64,000 nucleotides of DNA, taken from assembly GCA_965208325.1 (NCBI GenBank), contig OZ242326.1, positions 2,944,001-3,008,000 of the forward strand, in the 5' to 3' direction. The notes under the pieces were generated by a model that had not been told where the DNA came from, searched no databases, and worked only from the letters and a program-made list of their open reading frames with translations. Below, piece by piece: positions 1 to 11,232 of the stretch (positions are counted from its first letter, which is position 1; every line of letters begins with the position of its first letter). Position numbers and translations under genes: made by a program. Origin of the DNA: Candidatus Poribacteria bacterium. GTDB taxonomy: Bacteria; Poribacteria; WGA-4E; PCPOR2b.

Positions 1-1134
1 GTGAAATACGGAGAATGCGTAATCTTCTATCGAATCAATGCACAGTCCCGCACATTTGAGGATGTTCTCAGAAAAGCCAATATCCCGTATCAGATTGTGG
101 GCAGCGTCCGATTCTATGAGCGGATGGAAATTAAAGACATAATGGCGTACCTGCGAGTCATTGTCAACCCGGCAGACGCAATTAGTCTCAGGCGTATCAT
201 CAATGTCCCGCGTCGAGGAATTGGCGACACGACGCTGCAGCGACTAGAGATTTTCGCTAGCGAGGCAAACATCTCCCTGTTCGAGGCTATCAAACGAGTC
301 GGAGAGGTTGACAGGCTTCGTCATGCGGAACGGGACAGAGTCCGAAAATTCGCTAAACTCATCGACTCCTTTGATGCAGACGATGCACCGGCAAACACAA
401 TAGAGCAACTACTCGAACGCTCCGGTTACCTTAAATCTCTGACGCAAGAAGGCACTATTGAAGCGCAAGGCCGCGTCGAGAATGTCCATGAGTTTATCAC
501 TGCCGCCATTGAATATGAGACGCGTGACGCCGAACCGTCGTTAGCCGGATTTTTGGAGATGATTACGCTAGTCGCTGACATCGACACGATGGATGACAAA
601 AGTGACGTGGTCACGCTCATGACGCTGCATAGCGCAAAAGGGTTGGAATTTCCGATTGTGTTCATGGCTGGGATGGAAGAAGGATTATTGCCGCATCAGC
701 GTTCATTCTCCAGCGAAGCCGAACTTGAGGAGGAACGGCGGCTCTGTTACGTCGGCATCACACGCGCAAAAGAGCAGGTCTACATGATCCATGCCCGCGA
801 GCGGCGGCAATACGGCTACACCGACTATCGGATGCCTTCGCGTTTCATTGAAGAAATTCCCCATGAATTGCTGGATCGCGAAGATGTCTTTCAACCGCCG
901 CACCGTCCGGTCGTTTCATCCTACGACCCCGATACGCCCGACGCTGATGATGGCTTCTCATTCGATTACGACGTTGGTGAGGTTGTCTACCACACAAAAT
1001 TCGGAAAAGGCAAAATCACCGCCATGAGCGGATATGGACCTGATATGCGCCTTACTATACGGTTCACACGCGGAATCGAAAAAACACTAATGGCAGGCTA
1101 CGCAAAGCTGCAAAGGGCAGGAAGTGATTATTGA
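1..1134 (+). CDS. pcrA: UvrD/PcrA SF1 DNA helicase, C-terminal part (5' truncated by window edge)
   Basis: Motifs YRINAQSR, INVPRRGIG, TLHSAKGLEFP, EERRLCYVGITRA; C-terminal Tudor-like tail (VYHTKFGKG). Confidence 0.9.
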   Translation: MKYGECVIFYRINAQSRTFEDVLRKANIPYQIVGSVRFYERMEIKDIMAYLRVIVNPADAISLRRIINVPRRGIGDTTLQRLEIFASEANISLFEAIKRVGEVDRLRHAERDRVRKFAKLIDSFDADDAPANTIEQLLERSGYLKSLTQEGTIEAQGRVENVHEFITAAIEYETRDAEPSLAGFLEMITLVADIDTMDDKSDVVTLMTLHSAKGLEFPIVFMAGMEEGLLPHQRSFSSEAELEEERRLCYVGITRAKEQVYMIHARERRQYGYTDYRMPSRFIEEIPHELLDREDVFQPPHRPVVSSYDPDTPDADDGFSFDYDVGEVVYHTKFGKGKITAMSGYGPDMRLTIRFTRGIEKTLMAGYAKLQRAGSDY

Positions 1135-1150
1135 AACCGACTTTCTTCCT

Positions 1151-1182
1151 GAACCCGAGTTTTTTATTCAAAACTCGGGTTC
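1151..1182. repeat. Palindromic repeat/hairpin GAACCCGAGTTTT-N6-AAAACTCGGGTTC (family also at 49127 and 49284)
   Basis: 13-bp perfect inverted repeat downstream of pcrA; near-identical copies near 49.1-49.3 kb. Confidence 0.8.
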
Positions 1183-1248
1183 TTCAACCATTTACAACAG
1201 TTGAAATTTTATCGTAACGTAGAAACGCGAAAGGTTAGGAATACCCAG

Positions 1249-1539
1249 ATGGCAACCATCACAACAGAAGAAGTGAAACACGTTGCGGCCCTTGCACGGC
1301 TTGAATTCAACGAAGAAGATATTCAGCAGTTCGCCCATCAACTCGCCCGCATTATAGACTATATCGGAAAATTGAATGAATTGGATACGGCCGACGTACC
1401 GCCGACTTCGCATGTCCTTCCTATCCGCAATATCGTCAAAGCGGATGCCGCTAAGCCATCCAATCCCCGAGAAGATTTTTTGGAAGGCGCCCCGAGCGCC
1501 CAGGAAGGATATTTTGAGGTGCCGAAAGTCATTGAGTAA
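1249..1539 (+). CDS. gatC: Asp/Glu-tRNA amidotransferase subunit C
   Basis: ITTEEVKHVAALARLEF...ELDTADVPPTSH...GYFEVPKVIE; ATG 1249 preceded by AGGA. Confidence 0.95.
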   Translation: MATITTEEVKHVAALARLEFNEEDIQQFAHQLARIIDYIGKLNELDTADVPPTSHVLPIRNIVKADAAKPSNPREDFLEGAPSAQEGYFEVPKVIE

Positions 1540-1595
1540 ACAGTGAGGGATTTGCGATTTTACGTAAACGAAGAAAACGCAAAGGAATTGAATCT

Positions 1596-1751
1596 TTGAA
1601 AATGCGGGTGCTCGAACATCAAAAGAAAATCGCCGATGAAAAAGAGAAACCGATTCCTAACAATAACCGAATCAAACATTGGGAAATAGAATTGCGTGCA
1701 TTTGAGAATGGTATACTCAAACGAGAACAACAACTGAAGCGCAGGAGGTGA
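1596..1751 (+). CDS. Small basic hypothetical protein (not in ORF track; start uncertain)
   Basis: Open frame ...KGIESLKMRVLEHQKKIADEKEKPIPNNNRIKHWEIELRAFENGILKREQQLKRRR*; its 3' end carries the AGGAGG RBS of the next gene. Confidence 0.55.
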   Translation: MKMRVLEHQKKIADEKEKPIPNNNRIKHWEIELRAFENGILKREQQLKRRR

Positions 1752-1758
1752 CTATACT

Positions 1759-2067
1759 ATGGCTTCAATAAAATCAACTGCTGACATTCCTTTAGACGAG
1801 ATTGACCGCTTGGACATTCTTCTAAAAAAATACATTCCGACGCTTAAAGCGAAGAAACGCGCGATGATTGCCCTTCACTTGAGCGACATTGCCGGAGAAA
1901 TACCACAGTTTGAAAAGTGTTATACAGCGCTTGTGCAAAGTGAAGAAATCTCTGAGGATAATCTGGTTGACTGTATTGAGGAGCTGGAAATTTCCGTCAT
2001 CCACATGCTTAATCACATGAAAGGCCTGAAGCCGCTGCTCAAGCAAGCCGTCAATGTGCTGCCATGA
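1759..2067 (+). CDS. Small helical hypothetical protein
   Basis: 102-aa ORF with AGGAGG RBS, between gatC and gatA. Confidence 0.7.
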   Translation: MASIKSTADIPLDEIDRLDILLKKYIPTLKAKKRAMIALHLSDIAGEIPQFEKCYTALVQSEEISEDNLVDCIEELEISVIHMLNHMKGLKPLLKQAVNVLP

Positions 2068-2092
2068 TTTTCCACAAAGGAGTACACGTTTC

Positions 2093-3553
2093 ATGCCGTT
2101 ACACGAACTGACAGCCCACGAACTTCACCAAAAATTAAAAGCGCGCGAAATCACTTCGGTTGAACTTACGCAATCCGTTTACGACCGGATCGGCGCCGTC
2201 GAACAACGGGTACAAGGGTACATCACATTAACGAAGGACATCGCTTTCGAGCAAGCCGAAGCTGCGGACGCGGGCTTCCAGCGCGGGGATGAAATGCAGC
2301 CCCTCGCAGGAATTCCAATCGCTGTCAAGGACGTAATCTGTACCAAAGACGTGTTGACAACCTGCGGCTCCAAGATTCTGCACAACTTCATTTCGCCCTA
2401 CGACGCCACCGTTATGACTAAAATTCGTCATCAAGGGTTTGTGATGATCGGCAAGACGAACATGGACGAATTTGCGATGGGGTCATCAACAGAGAATTCA
2501 GCGTTTAAGATTACTCGCAATCCCTGGAATCTGGATACCATTCCCGGCGGTTCAAGCGGCGGTTCAGCAGCCGTGGTCGCCGCAGACGCGGCAATCTGCG
2601 CCCTCGGATCGGACACTGGCGGATCAATTCGACAACCCGCCGCGCTGTGCGGTGTCGTTGGAATGAAGCCCACTTACGGGCGTGTGTCACGGTATGGGCT
2701 TGTGGCGTTTGCGTCGTCTTTAGATCAGATTGGCCCCTTCTCCAAAGATGTGACCGATTGCGCTTTGATGCTTAACGCCATCTGTGGGCACGACCCCATG
2801 GATTCTACCTCCGTGAATCGTCCCGACACAGACTTCACCCAGAGCCTAGTCAACGGCATCAGTGGAATCAAAATCGGCATCCCAAAGGAATATTTCATTG
2901 AAGGGTTAGATGCAGATGTGGAAGCGAGTGTTCGGGACGCAATTGAAGTGCTTCGCGGGTGCGGTGCAATCATCGAAGAGATTTCCTTACCCCACACCGA
3001 ATATGCCATCGCAACATATTACATCATCGCTCCTGCTGAAGCCAGTGCCAATCTAGCGCGGTACGACGGCGTTCGGTTCGGCTTCCGTGCCAGTAACGCC
3101 GAAAACCTCATTGACATGTACAGAAAGACGCGGAGCCAAGGCTTCGGAGAAGAAGTTAAACGCCGAATCATGCTCGGCACTTACGCGCTCAGTTCGGGAT
3201 ACTACGATGCTTACTACCTAAAAGCACAAAAAGTACGGACACTGATTAAGTCCGATTTTGATAGCGCATTTGAAAAAGTTGATGTCATCGTGGCGCCGAC
3301 TTCACCAACACCGGCATTTAAGGTTGGTGAGCGGACAGACGATCCGTTACAGATGTACCTTTCGGACATTTTGACTACGCCGGCAAGTCTCGCGGGTATA
3401 CCCGCAATCTCCATGCCGTGCGGTTTGACGCATAGCGGGTTGCCTGTTGGGTTGCAAATTATCGCCCCGGCGTTTGGGGAGAATAAAATTCTGCGAGTGG
3501 CGTACACTTATGAACAACACACCGGACGCCATCAAAAAAAGCCGAACTTGTGA
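2093..3553 (+). CDS. gatA: Asp/Glu-tRNA amidotransferase subunit A
   Basis: Amidase signature [55 protein letters not shown] 2093 with AAGGAG RBS. Confidence 0.97.
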   Translation: MPLHELTAHELHQKLKAREITSVELTQSVYDRIGAVEQRVQGYITLTKDIAFEQAEAADAGFQRGDEMQPLAGIPIAVKDVICTKDVLTTCGSKILHNFISPYDATVMTKIRHQGFVMIGKTNMDEFAMGSSTENSAFKITRNPWNLDTIPGGSSGGSAAVVAADAAICALGSDTGGSIRQPAALCGVVGMKPTYGRVSRYGLVAFASSLDQIGPFSKDVTDCALMLNAICGHDPMDSTSVNRPDTDFTQSLVNGISGIKIGIPKEYFIEGLDADVEASVRDAIEVLRGCGAIIEEISLPHTEYAIATYYIIAPAEASANLARYDGVRFGFRASNAENLIDMYRKTRSQGFGEEVKRRIMLGTYALSSGYYDAYYLKAQKVRTLIKSDFDSAFEKVDVIVAPTSPTPAFKVGERTDDPLQMYLSDILTTPASLAGIPAISMPCGLTHSGLPVGLQIIAPAFGENKILRVAYTYEQHTGRHQKKPNL

Positions 3554-3619
3554 GTCGCAGCGGATACTAAACTGTAGGTGCAATCTCCAAATCGCGAAAT
3601 CTTTAATGATAGGAGCAAT

Positions 3620-4129
3620 ATGAGCAATTCAAAACCGGCTAACCTTGTCTTTGTCCCGACAGGCGGACTAATCGGCGCCGTTGCCGGGGGAATGCTTTGG
3701 GCAAAGTATGTCCAATGGACAGGCTACACAGCAGGCTGGGTCGCATTCGCCATCGGCGTCTTCACTGGACTCGGCGTACTGTTGACAGGCAGATCTCGGG
3801 CGGTAAGTGTCTGCACAATCGCCTCGCTGTTTGCCGTCCTTGGCATCATTTTCGGTAAATACCTTGATGTCCGTTGGAACGCTCTCGAACGGATTAAAAC
3901 TCAACTCATGGACACGCAGGGAATCTCCGCTAATCAAGCTGAACCCATAGCGCAGACCATTTTCGCGGGGCATTCTACGTGGGAACTCATGCGGGACCAG
4001 ATGCAGTGGATAGATTTAATCTTTTACGCCATTGCTGCCTTCATCGCGATTTATGTCGTTCGCAGCCGAGTCCTCCACCGAATTGTCTTCAAATCTAAAC
4101 AATCAAACATAATAAATCAAGACTCATAA
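3620..4129 (+). CDS. Hypothetical membrane protein (about 4 TM)
   Basis: Hydrophobic segments; AGGAG RBS before ATG 3620. Confidence 0.7.
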   Translation: MSNSKPANLVFVPTGGLIGAVAGGMLWAKYVQWTGYTAGWVAFAIGVFTGLGVLLTGRSRAVSVCTIASLFAVLGIIFGKYLDVRWNALERIKTQLMDTQGISANQAEPIAQTIFAGHSTWELMRDQMQWIDLIFYAIAAFIAIYVVRSRVLHRIVFKSKQSNIINQDS

Positions 4130-4169
4130 CTTGAAACAAACTAACTGAATTCAATCAAAACCGCAATAG

Positions 4170-5627
4170 GTGAATATTATGAAAGCAAATCGACCCGTTA
4201 TAACAAGTTGGTTCGGTGGTGTTATGATTTTGGGGTGCATGTTATCCTTTATCCCCATAATGGTTATCGCTCAGGATGAAGAGCCGGCTTCCAGCAATCC
4301 GCTCGACGATGAACTTATGGAACAAATTCATCTTTTTTCTGAAATACTCGCCCGCACACAACAAGATCACCGAGACAATCCTGAAGCCAAGCAACTCATT
4401 TACGGTGCGATTCGTGGAATGCTGCGAACGTTAGACCCCTACAGCCAGTTCTTCGAACCAGAAAATTTCGCTGAATTGCGCGAGGAAAACCGCGGAACTT
4501 ATGGCGGCCTCGGCATGGCAATCGGCATTCGAGACAATCGGTTGACGGTCATCACCCCCTTCAAAAACACGCCTGCCGGTCAGGCAGGCATTCAAAGCGG
4601 CGACGTCATTGATGAAATCGAGGAAAAAGAGACAGCGAATATGACGCTCGAAGAGGCTGTTAAACTCCTTCGGGGCGAGCCGGGGACGCAAGTAAAGGTC
4701 ACAATTATCCGCGAGGGAGAACTTGAAAAGCTGGAAGTAACCATGACGCGGGATGTCATTCGTTTTCCCAACGTCGAATCCAAAACGCTCAAGGGGAATA
4801 TCGGATACATCCGAATTAACCAATTTCGCCAAACAACAGCCGCAGATGTCGATGATGTCTTTAAAACCTTCAACCAGCAAGATATTCGTGGAATTATTTT
4901 GGATTTAAGATCGAATCCCGGTGGAATCCTTCAGTCTGCCGTTGAAATTGCGAGTTACTTTTTGGAGCCGGAACAGTTGATTGTCTATACGCAAGGGAAA
5001 CAGCCGAGGCAAAACTTCGTCGCCATCGAAGCCAAGCTGCAAAAACACTATCCGCTAGTGGTGCTTGTGAACTATGGAAGTGCAAGCGGATCAGAGATTG
5101 TGGCGGCAGCCATCAAAGATCACGGCCGCGGCTTAGTCATGGGCCAAAAAACCTACGGAAAAGCTTCGGTGCAGCAAATCTTTCCGCTCAGCGGCGGCGC
5201 CGCAGTCAAGCTAACAACAGCCCACTACTACAGCCCTAGTGGTGTTGACATCCATGATGAAGGTATCTCTCCGAACATTGAGCTGCCGTGGTTCAATAGG
5301 TCAGAAGCCAGGATGTTAGAAAAACTCCGCACTAACGAGAAAATCAAGGCATTCATTGAGGAAAATGGCGATGACATCCTAAATCAGTTAGAAAAAGCGC
5401 GTGCGGCGCCCAGAAACGATGCTGAAGCAAAAGCGCTTCTTAAAAAATTCCGGCAGCTTGTAGATTCCCTCGCAAATGATCAAATTATCTTGAGCGATGC
5501 AGGCATAGAGCTGGCAATTGCGCGTCAGACCGAGAATGATCTCGATCAGTACGAATTCGATCCCCAGATTTCTTTAGCTATCCAGCAGTTACAAGCCGGT
5601 GCACTTCTCCAAACAATGTACGAGTAA
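4170..5627 (+). CDS. S41 family C-terminal processing peptidase (PDZ + protease)
   Basis: LDPYS, GGLG, DLRSNPGG, SASGSEIVA, TYGKASVQ motifs; N-terminal signal. Confidence 0.93.
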   Translation: MNIMKANRPVITSWFGGVMILGCMLSFIPIMVIAQDEEPASSNPLDDELMEQIHLFSEILARTQQDHRDNPEAKQLIYGAIRGMLRTLDPYSQFFEPENFAELREENRGTYGGLGMAIGIRDNRLTVITPFKNTPAGQAGIQSGDVIDEIEEKETANMTLEEAVKLLRGEPGTQVKVTIIREGELEKLEVTMTRDVIRFPNVESKTLKGNIGYIRINQFRQTTAADVDDVFKTFNQQDIRGIILDLRSNPGGILQSAVEIASYFLEPEQLIVYTQGKQPRQNFVAIEAKLQKHYPLVVLVNYGSASGSEIVAAAIKDHGRGLVMGQKTYGKASVQQIFPLSGGAAVKLTTAHYYSPSGVDIHDEGISPNIELPWFNRSEARMLEKLRTNEKIKAFIEENGDDILNQLEKARAAPRNDAEAKALLKKFRQLVDSLANDQIILSDAGIELAIARQTENDLDQYEFDPQISLAIQQLQAGALLQTMYE

Positions 5628-5687
5628 AATCAACTGGCCCCATAATGCGTACGATTAGCCGCTAAATCACAGTTCAGACAACAGATT

Positions 5688-6467
5688 ATGATTACCAAAC
5701 GCATTATCCCCTGCCTTGATGTCCGTGCTGGAAAAGTGACAAAAGGAATCGCCTTTCGTGGAAACGTTGACATCGGCGATCCCGTCGAAATGGCGCGTTT
5801 CTATTATGAGTGCGGTGCGGACGAGCTTGTCTTCTACGACATTACCGCTAGCAACGAAAGACGTGATATCATGATCGATGTTGTATCGGCGGTAGCGCTG
5901 GAAATCTTCATCCCATTCTCCGTCGGCGGCGGGCTTCGTACTTTGGAGGATATGCGCCGTGTACTGCTCGCAGGCGCTGAAAAAGTCAGTATAGACTCTG
6001 GCGCCGTCAGAAACCCGGGTCTAATCGCAGAGGGCGCGAAGGCGTTTGGTAGCCAGTGTGTCGTCCTAAGTATGCAGGTGAAGAACGTGCCAAAAAGCCA
6101 TTCTATCCCGAGCGGTTACGAGGTCTATATTGATGGAGGGCGCCGTGCTACTGGTTTGGATGCACGGCAGTGGACGCAGCGCGGCGTCGAATTGGGAGCA
6201 GGCGAGGTTGTGGTTAACAGTATAGATCAAGACGGAACTAAAGCCGGATACGAACTCAAGCTAACACAGCTAATCGCGGATGCGGTGCCTGTGCCCGTGG
6301 TTGCATCGGGCGGCGCCGGAAACCCGGGTCATCTTCGCGACGTGTTCGTCGAAAGCCGTGCCGACGCCGCCATTGTTGCCTCCATCACCCACTATGGCGA
6401 ATTTTCGATTGAAAACATCAAACGGCACCTCAAAGCGCAACACGTGCCGGTTCGGAATACATGGTAG
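5688..6467 (+). CDS. hisF: Imidazole glycerol phosphate synthase cyclase subunit
   Basis: [46 protein letters not shown]. Confidence 0.96.
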   Translation: MITKRIIPCLDVRAGKVTKGIAFRGNVDIGDPVEMARFYYECGADELVFYDITASNERRDIMIDVVSAVALEIFIPFSVGGGLRTLEDMRRVLLAGAEKVSIDSGAVRNPGLIAEGAKAFGSQCVVLSMQVKNVPKSHSIPSGYEVYIDGGRRATGLDARQWTQRGVELGAGEVVVNSIDQDGTKAGYELKLTQLIADAVPVPVVASGGAGNPGHLRDVFVESRADAAIVASITHYGEFSIENIKRHLKAQHVPVRNTW

Positions 6468-6630
6468 CCGGTCAACGCTAGTTTGGATAGATTGACAACG
6501 GTTATTTCCCCTGTTAAAATCGGCATAGGAAGCATGCGGTTGCCTCAACCTTTACACATACGAACTTACAAGATGACCGATATGCACTTAGAGTCTAGCA
6601 TTGATGAACTTTACCAGGAGGTTACGAGTC

Positions 6631-7641
6631 ATGGAAATCCGGAAATCGTTCGCATGTGCAGTATGCGTCAGTCTTATTCTCTTGGCGGCTATCGCGGTGC
6701 CGAGAAATGCCGCGGCGCAGGCACCCGATAATCCAACCATTGCGTTTACTGCCAACGCCGAAGGCGGCAATATCTGGCTGATGGATCCCGATGGGAAGAA
6801 TCAGCGCCCAATTCTCGCGATCAAGGGAAACCCCGTACCCTTGGGTTTAGTGTGGTCACCGGACGGCAACAAGCTCGCCTTCCATACCGAAATCAGGAAG
6901 AACATTGATGTTTATCTCGTTGATGCTAACGGCGAGAATCTCCGCCAACTCACGAACCATGAGGCAGAAGATAGTTGGCCAAACTGGCACCCCGGCGGTC
7001 AAAAGATAGCGTTTGCCACCAATCGAGACGGAAACTTTGAAATCTACGAGATGACTTCAAGAGGAGAAGTTCTGCAAAACATCACAAACGACGCTGTCTA
7101 CGACAGTTATCCCGCATGGTCGCGCGACGGGCGGAAGATTGCCTTCTCCTCCATCCGAGGGAAAACGCTCGGAGACATCTGGGTGATGGATGCAAGCGGC
7201 GAAAATCCCAAAAATCTCACCAATCATCGTGCAGAGGATTTCCGACCCAGATGGTCGCCGGATAGTCAGAAGATAGCATGGCTTTCCCGCCGCACCGGTA
7301 GAGGCCATGTTTATGTGATGGACGCCGATGGCGAGAATTTTCTACAAATCGTAAAACCGCCTAGCTCAGAAAAGCGCGATCCCGAATGGTCTCCGGATGG
7401 TAAAAAAATTGCCTGCGTTCACTTCGCAGGAAATATTGCAAGTATCCGAATTTTTGAGTCGGATGTGAAGGAACAAGACGCAGAGTTCGTCGAAATTCTT
7501 CCGGCTATAGGCTTCCCGAACCGGGCGCCGGCGTGGTTCGATCCCGACTTTGTCAAGCCTTTCTCCGTTTCCCCCGTTGAGAAACGAATTCTGGCTTGGG
7601 GCTGGCTCAAGCAGGCGGGAGACATGTTTTCCGGTAGATAG
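6631..7641 (+). CDS. Secreted TolB-like/PD40 beta-propeller protein with C-terminal VSP..K....WG.LK motif
   Basis: Repeated WSPDG..IAF units; signal peptide; AGGAGG RBS before ATG 6631. Confidence 0.85.
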   Translation: MEIRKSFACAVCVSLILLAAIAVPRNAAAQAPDNPTIAFTANAEGGNIWLMDPDGKNQRPILAIKGNPVPLGLVWSPDGNKLAFHTEIRKNIDVYLVDANGENLRQLTNHEAEDSWPNWHPGGQKIAFATNRDGNFEIYEMTSRGEVLQNITNDAVYDSYPAWSRDGRKIAFSSIRGKTLGDIWVMDASGENPKNLTNHRAEDFRPRWSPDSQKIAWLSRRTGRGHVYVMDADGENFLQIVKPPSSEKRDPEWSPDGKKIACVHFAGNIASIRIFESDVKEQDAEFVEILPAIGFPNRAPAWFDPDFVKPFSVSPVEKRILAWGWLKQAGDMFSGR

Positions 7642-7905
7642 CGTCGGAAAATCAGAAGCTACGGGATTGACATACGCTGCACCTCGTTGAATTGAGATAT
7701 CCCAATCCTTGGATTGTTTTTTTTCGGTCAACAGACTAAGACTTCAAGCCTTTTCTTCGCCGCGGATGTAATTATTGAAGTGCTTGTACCAACTGCCTCT
7801 ATCCCACCAAGCCGCGAAGTTGACGATTGCCGATTGGTCTAAAAACGTCAATCCAAAATCCAAAACTGAGCAGTGCGCATGCCCCAATCCCGTGCCGGGT
7901 GATTT

Positions 7906-9828
7906 GTGAATCAAGCCTCCACCATCAAAAACAGCGTGGCAAGCGGTGTTTCCCTCAAAGCGGTGTCGATTGGCCTTTTGGTGATGGCAATCAACGCCTA
8001 TTGGATTTCGGTCAACGACCTCGTCATAGGGCCGGCGCACAACTATATGTCGCTGTTCAGTAACGCCGTTTTTAGCCTCTTTGTGCTGATTCTCGCCAAT
8101 CTCCTCCTGAAAAAACTCTCGCCGAGATTCGCTTTCACTGCCTCCGACCTATTGGTCATCTATATCATGGTTGTCATGGTAACCACCGTGTCCGGACACC
8201 GAATGACCCGGCTGCTAGGAATTCTCGTCCACCCCTTCTGGTTCGCCACACCCGAGAATGATTGGCGGAATCTTTTCTGGAGTCATATTCCCGAATGGTT
8301 CACGGTCGGTGACAAAACCGCCCTGTCCGGCTTTTTTCTCGGCGAGTCCTCATTCTTCACACGGCAGCACATCGCCGCTTGGCTTGGGCCAATGTTTTAT
8401 TGGTCGGCTTTCATTTTTGTCGTCTACTTCGTTCTCATCTGCGTAAATACCATAGTCCAAAAACAGTTTACGGAGCATGAAAGACTCACCTATCCGATTA
8501 CTTGGCTGCCGCTGGAGATGGGGCGAGATACGTCCACTTTCCTAAAGAATAAATTAATGTGGATGGGCTTTGGCATTGCAGCCGGTATTAGTCTTCTTAA
8601 TGGTCTGCACACCTTTTACCCGTTCGTTCCGCCTATCCCCGTAGGGTGGCAGCCGCTAGCCTTCGAGGATAAACCTTGGATTTACATGGGCAGAACACTG
8701 GTATCCTTCCAACCGTTCGTCATCGGACTCGCCTTTTTCATGCCGCTAGACCTCGCCTTTTCCGCATGGTTCTTCTACATCCTAAAAAAAATGACCCAAA
8801 TCTTGATGGGGATTTCAGGATGGCACACGCTTTACTTCGACGAACAAGCACAAGGGGCGTGGGTCGGATTGGGCATCTTGGCGCTCTGGATCGGCCGCAG
8901 ACACCTCAAGTGGGTGTTTACGCAAGCCGTCACGGGCAAGCCGGCGACTGACGGCCCGAGTTCACCGATGCCGTATCGAACCGCTTGTTGGGGCATCATA
9001 GCAGGATTACTCGTTCTAATCTGGTTTGCGTATAAAGCCGGCCTTTCACTTTGGGTGCTTCTGCTTTTTTGGGGAATTTATGGTTGCGGCGCCATTGGCG
9101 TTACGAAAATCAGGAGCGGATTGGGCTTACCCGTTCATGAAATGCTCTGGATTGATCCCGCCCGGACGATGGTGACAGCAATGGGAACTCGCGTATTCGC
9201 CCCGCGAAATTTGACAGTTCTCTCCTTCTTCTATTGGTTGAATCGTGAACAGGTTGCCCATCCAATGCCCAATCAACTTGAAGCGTTTCGAATCGGCGAA
9301 CAGTCCAATATTGATAATCGTAAGTTGTTGCGGGTTATAATTCTAACCCTTGCTGTTGGGATACCGGTGACCTTTGTGATATACCTCAGCTATCTGTATA
9401 AACTCGGCGCAGTCAGCTCAGGGTCGTACATCGTGGGGATAGGGAGGGAAAGCTTTACTTGGCGGCTTCAACCGTGGTTAAGTCTTCCAACGACACATGA
9501 CTATTTTACGATGAGCGCCATGGGGCTCGGTTTTGGTATCACCGGTTTTCTGTTAGCTATGAAGATGCGGTTTCTCTGGTGGCCTTTTCATCCGGTCGGC
9601 TACGTATTGGGGGTAAGTCCGGGCGAGATGGTCTACGTTTGGGTGCCTGTTCTTGTCAGTTGGGCGCTCAAGTTCACCATCCTCCGCTACGGCGGGTTGA
9701 AAGCCTATCGCAGCGCCATCCCGTTTTTTGCCGGCTTGATACTGGGAGACTACTCCATGGGCTGCATTTGGAGCATTATCAGCGCGGTATTCAAAATAAA
9801 CACGTACAACATGGCATGGCACGGCTAA
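7906..9828 (+). CDS. Polytopic membrane protein, DUF6785/DUF6784-like (putative transporter)
   Basis: Many TM helices; FWFATPENDW, ERLTYP, HPMPNQLE, WPFHPVGY; paralog at 35649. Confidence 0.75.
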   Translation: MNQASTIKNSVASGVSLKAVSIGLLVMAINAYWISVNDLVIGPAHNYMSLFSNAVFSLFVLILANLLLKKLSPRFAFTASDLLVIYIMVVMVTTVSGHRMTRLLGILVHPFWFATPENDWRNLFWSHIPEWFTVGDKTALSGFFLGESSFFTRQHIAAWLGPMFYWSAFIFVVYFVLICVNTIVQKQFTEHERLTYPITWLPLEMGRDTSTFLKNKLMWMGFGIAAGISLLNGLHTFYPFVPPIPVGWQPLAFEDKPWIYMGRTLVSFQPFVIGLAFFMPLDLAFSAWFFYILKKMTQILMGISGWHTLYFDEQAQGAWVGLGILALWIGRRHLKWVFTQAVTGKPATDGPSSPMPYRTACWGIIAGLLVLIWFAYKAGLSLWVLLLFWGIYGCGAIGVTKIRSGLGLPVHEMLWIDPARTMVTAMGTRVFAPRNLTVLSFFYWLNREQVAHPMPNQLEAFRIGEQSNIDNRKLLRVIILTLAVGIPVTFVIYLSYLYKLGAVSSGSYIVGIGRESFTWRLQPWLSLPTTHDYFTMSAMGLGFGITGFLLAMKMRFLWWPFHPVGYVLGVSPGEMVYVWVPVLVSWALKFTILRYGGLKAYRSAIPFFAGLILGDYSMGCIWSIISAVFKINTYNMAWHG

Positions 9829-9980
9829 TAAGCCAGGCATGCACCGGCGTGCGGTGGGCAGCTAGATTACGCAGCAATAGCGGTAAAACGGTGCGTCATT
9901 AAGAAGAGTTTCGGGACGGGAAACACGACTCACCGGCTCAAGAACTAAGCTAGCCGGATTAAACCTTTACTTGCCCGTGC

Positions 9981-11060
9981 TTAGACCGATGGCAGTGCAG
10001 GTACAACATGCTTCGCCAGCAATTCCATCGAGCGCATCCACTTCGCTTTGTCATCCCAGTCATGCGCCATCATCAGGAGTGTGCCAAATCCACCGGTAAC
10101 GTCCCACAAGTCATGCAGTTGCCGAATGCACTCGTCCACATCTCCGATGATGCAAAGGTGTTTTAGGACGTATTCCGGTGTCACCTCGTCATCGGGTATG
10201 TCCAAATCGTGCTTCATCAAGTTCAACACATTTCTCGCCCTTATGACTGAGATGAGGTAGTCGAACGACCGGGCGAACGCGCCATTCAGCACCTGGTTCC
10301 AAGCATCTTCGTTTGATTCGCCAACAAAGATGCTGCGCGCTACGCGCCAGATGGATCGGTCAGGGGGCGGCCGGTCCGCCTCTTCAGCACCGGCGCAGTA
10401 CGTCCGCCAGTGCTCAGCGACAGTTGTCGCGGCAGGCACGATATTCGTGCTCAGGGGCATATAGCCGCGTTGGCCAGCCATACGGCACGCCAGCGACTCG
10501 CCTTGGGTTGCGCTCATCGCGAGCGGTGGATGCGGTTTCTGGTACGGTCTGAGCAATTCGCCTATCCCGCGCTCGGGAACAGGGTTTTCGACTTTAATGT
10601 GCCAAAATTGGCCCTTGAAGTCGAAGGGTGCTTCAGCTTGCCACAACTTGAGAATCATGTCAATGCCTTCGACAGTCATCAGCCCTTGCGTCTTTCGGTC
10701 CGGCAGGTTGAACAATTCCGAATCGGTCGCTATCCCGGATTGGCCAAAACCGCAATTTATACGTCCGCGAGACAGATGGTCAAGGAACGCGAGGCGGGCG
10801 GCGACGTTCGCCGGATGGTGGTGGGGAATTATTGATACGCCGGGGCCGAGGCGGATGTTCTTCGTGTGCGGCAGCACGTTGGCGATAAAAACATCGTTAG
10901 ACGGGATGGGTTCCCAGGCAATCGTGTGATGTTGGCCGACCCAAGCCTCCGTAAATCCAAGCTTGTCGGCATGAACAACCAACTCAATGTCTTCTTCGAA
11001 ACACTGTGTACGGTCCTTCTCCGGCGGGTGTAATGGCATCATGAACAGCCCCAATTTCAT
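9981..11060 (-). CDS. LLM-class (luciferase-like) flavin-dependent monooxygenase
   Basis: MKLGLFMMPLHPP, GFTEAWVGQHH, LDHLSRGR, PYQKPHPP, GGFGTLL. Confidence 0.9.
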   Translation of the reverse strand: MKLGLFMMPLHPPEKDRTQCFEEDIELVVHADKLGFTEAWVGQHHTIAWEPIPSNDVFIANVLPHTKNIRLGPGVSIIPHHHPANVAARLAFLDHLSRGRINCGFGQSGIATDSELFNLPDRKTQGLMTVEGIDMILKLWQAEAPFDFKGQFWHIKVENPVPERGIGELLRPYQKPHPPLAMSATQGESLACRMAGQRGYMPLSTNIVPAATTVAEHWRTYCAGAEEADRPPPDRSIWRVARSIFVGESNEDAWNQVLNGAFARSFDYLISVIRARNVLNLMKHDLDIPDDEVTPEYVLKHLCIIGDVDECIRQLHDLWDVTGGFGTLLMMAHDWDDKAKWMRSMELLAKHVVPALPSV

Positions 11061-11232
11061 TGTATAGCCTCCCCTTCAAAACACGCTATTTCTCGCCGTT
11101 CCATAGCAATCCGTGGACAATCGTATAATCAACCTTCAAATAGTATCATAACCCAACATTAAGTATCAATCACAATAATTGAGAGCATTGCCTGACGGAC
11201 AGATTTATGACCTAATTCTGCTAACCGTTATT

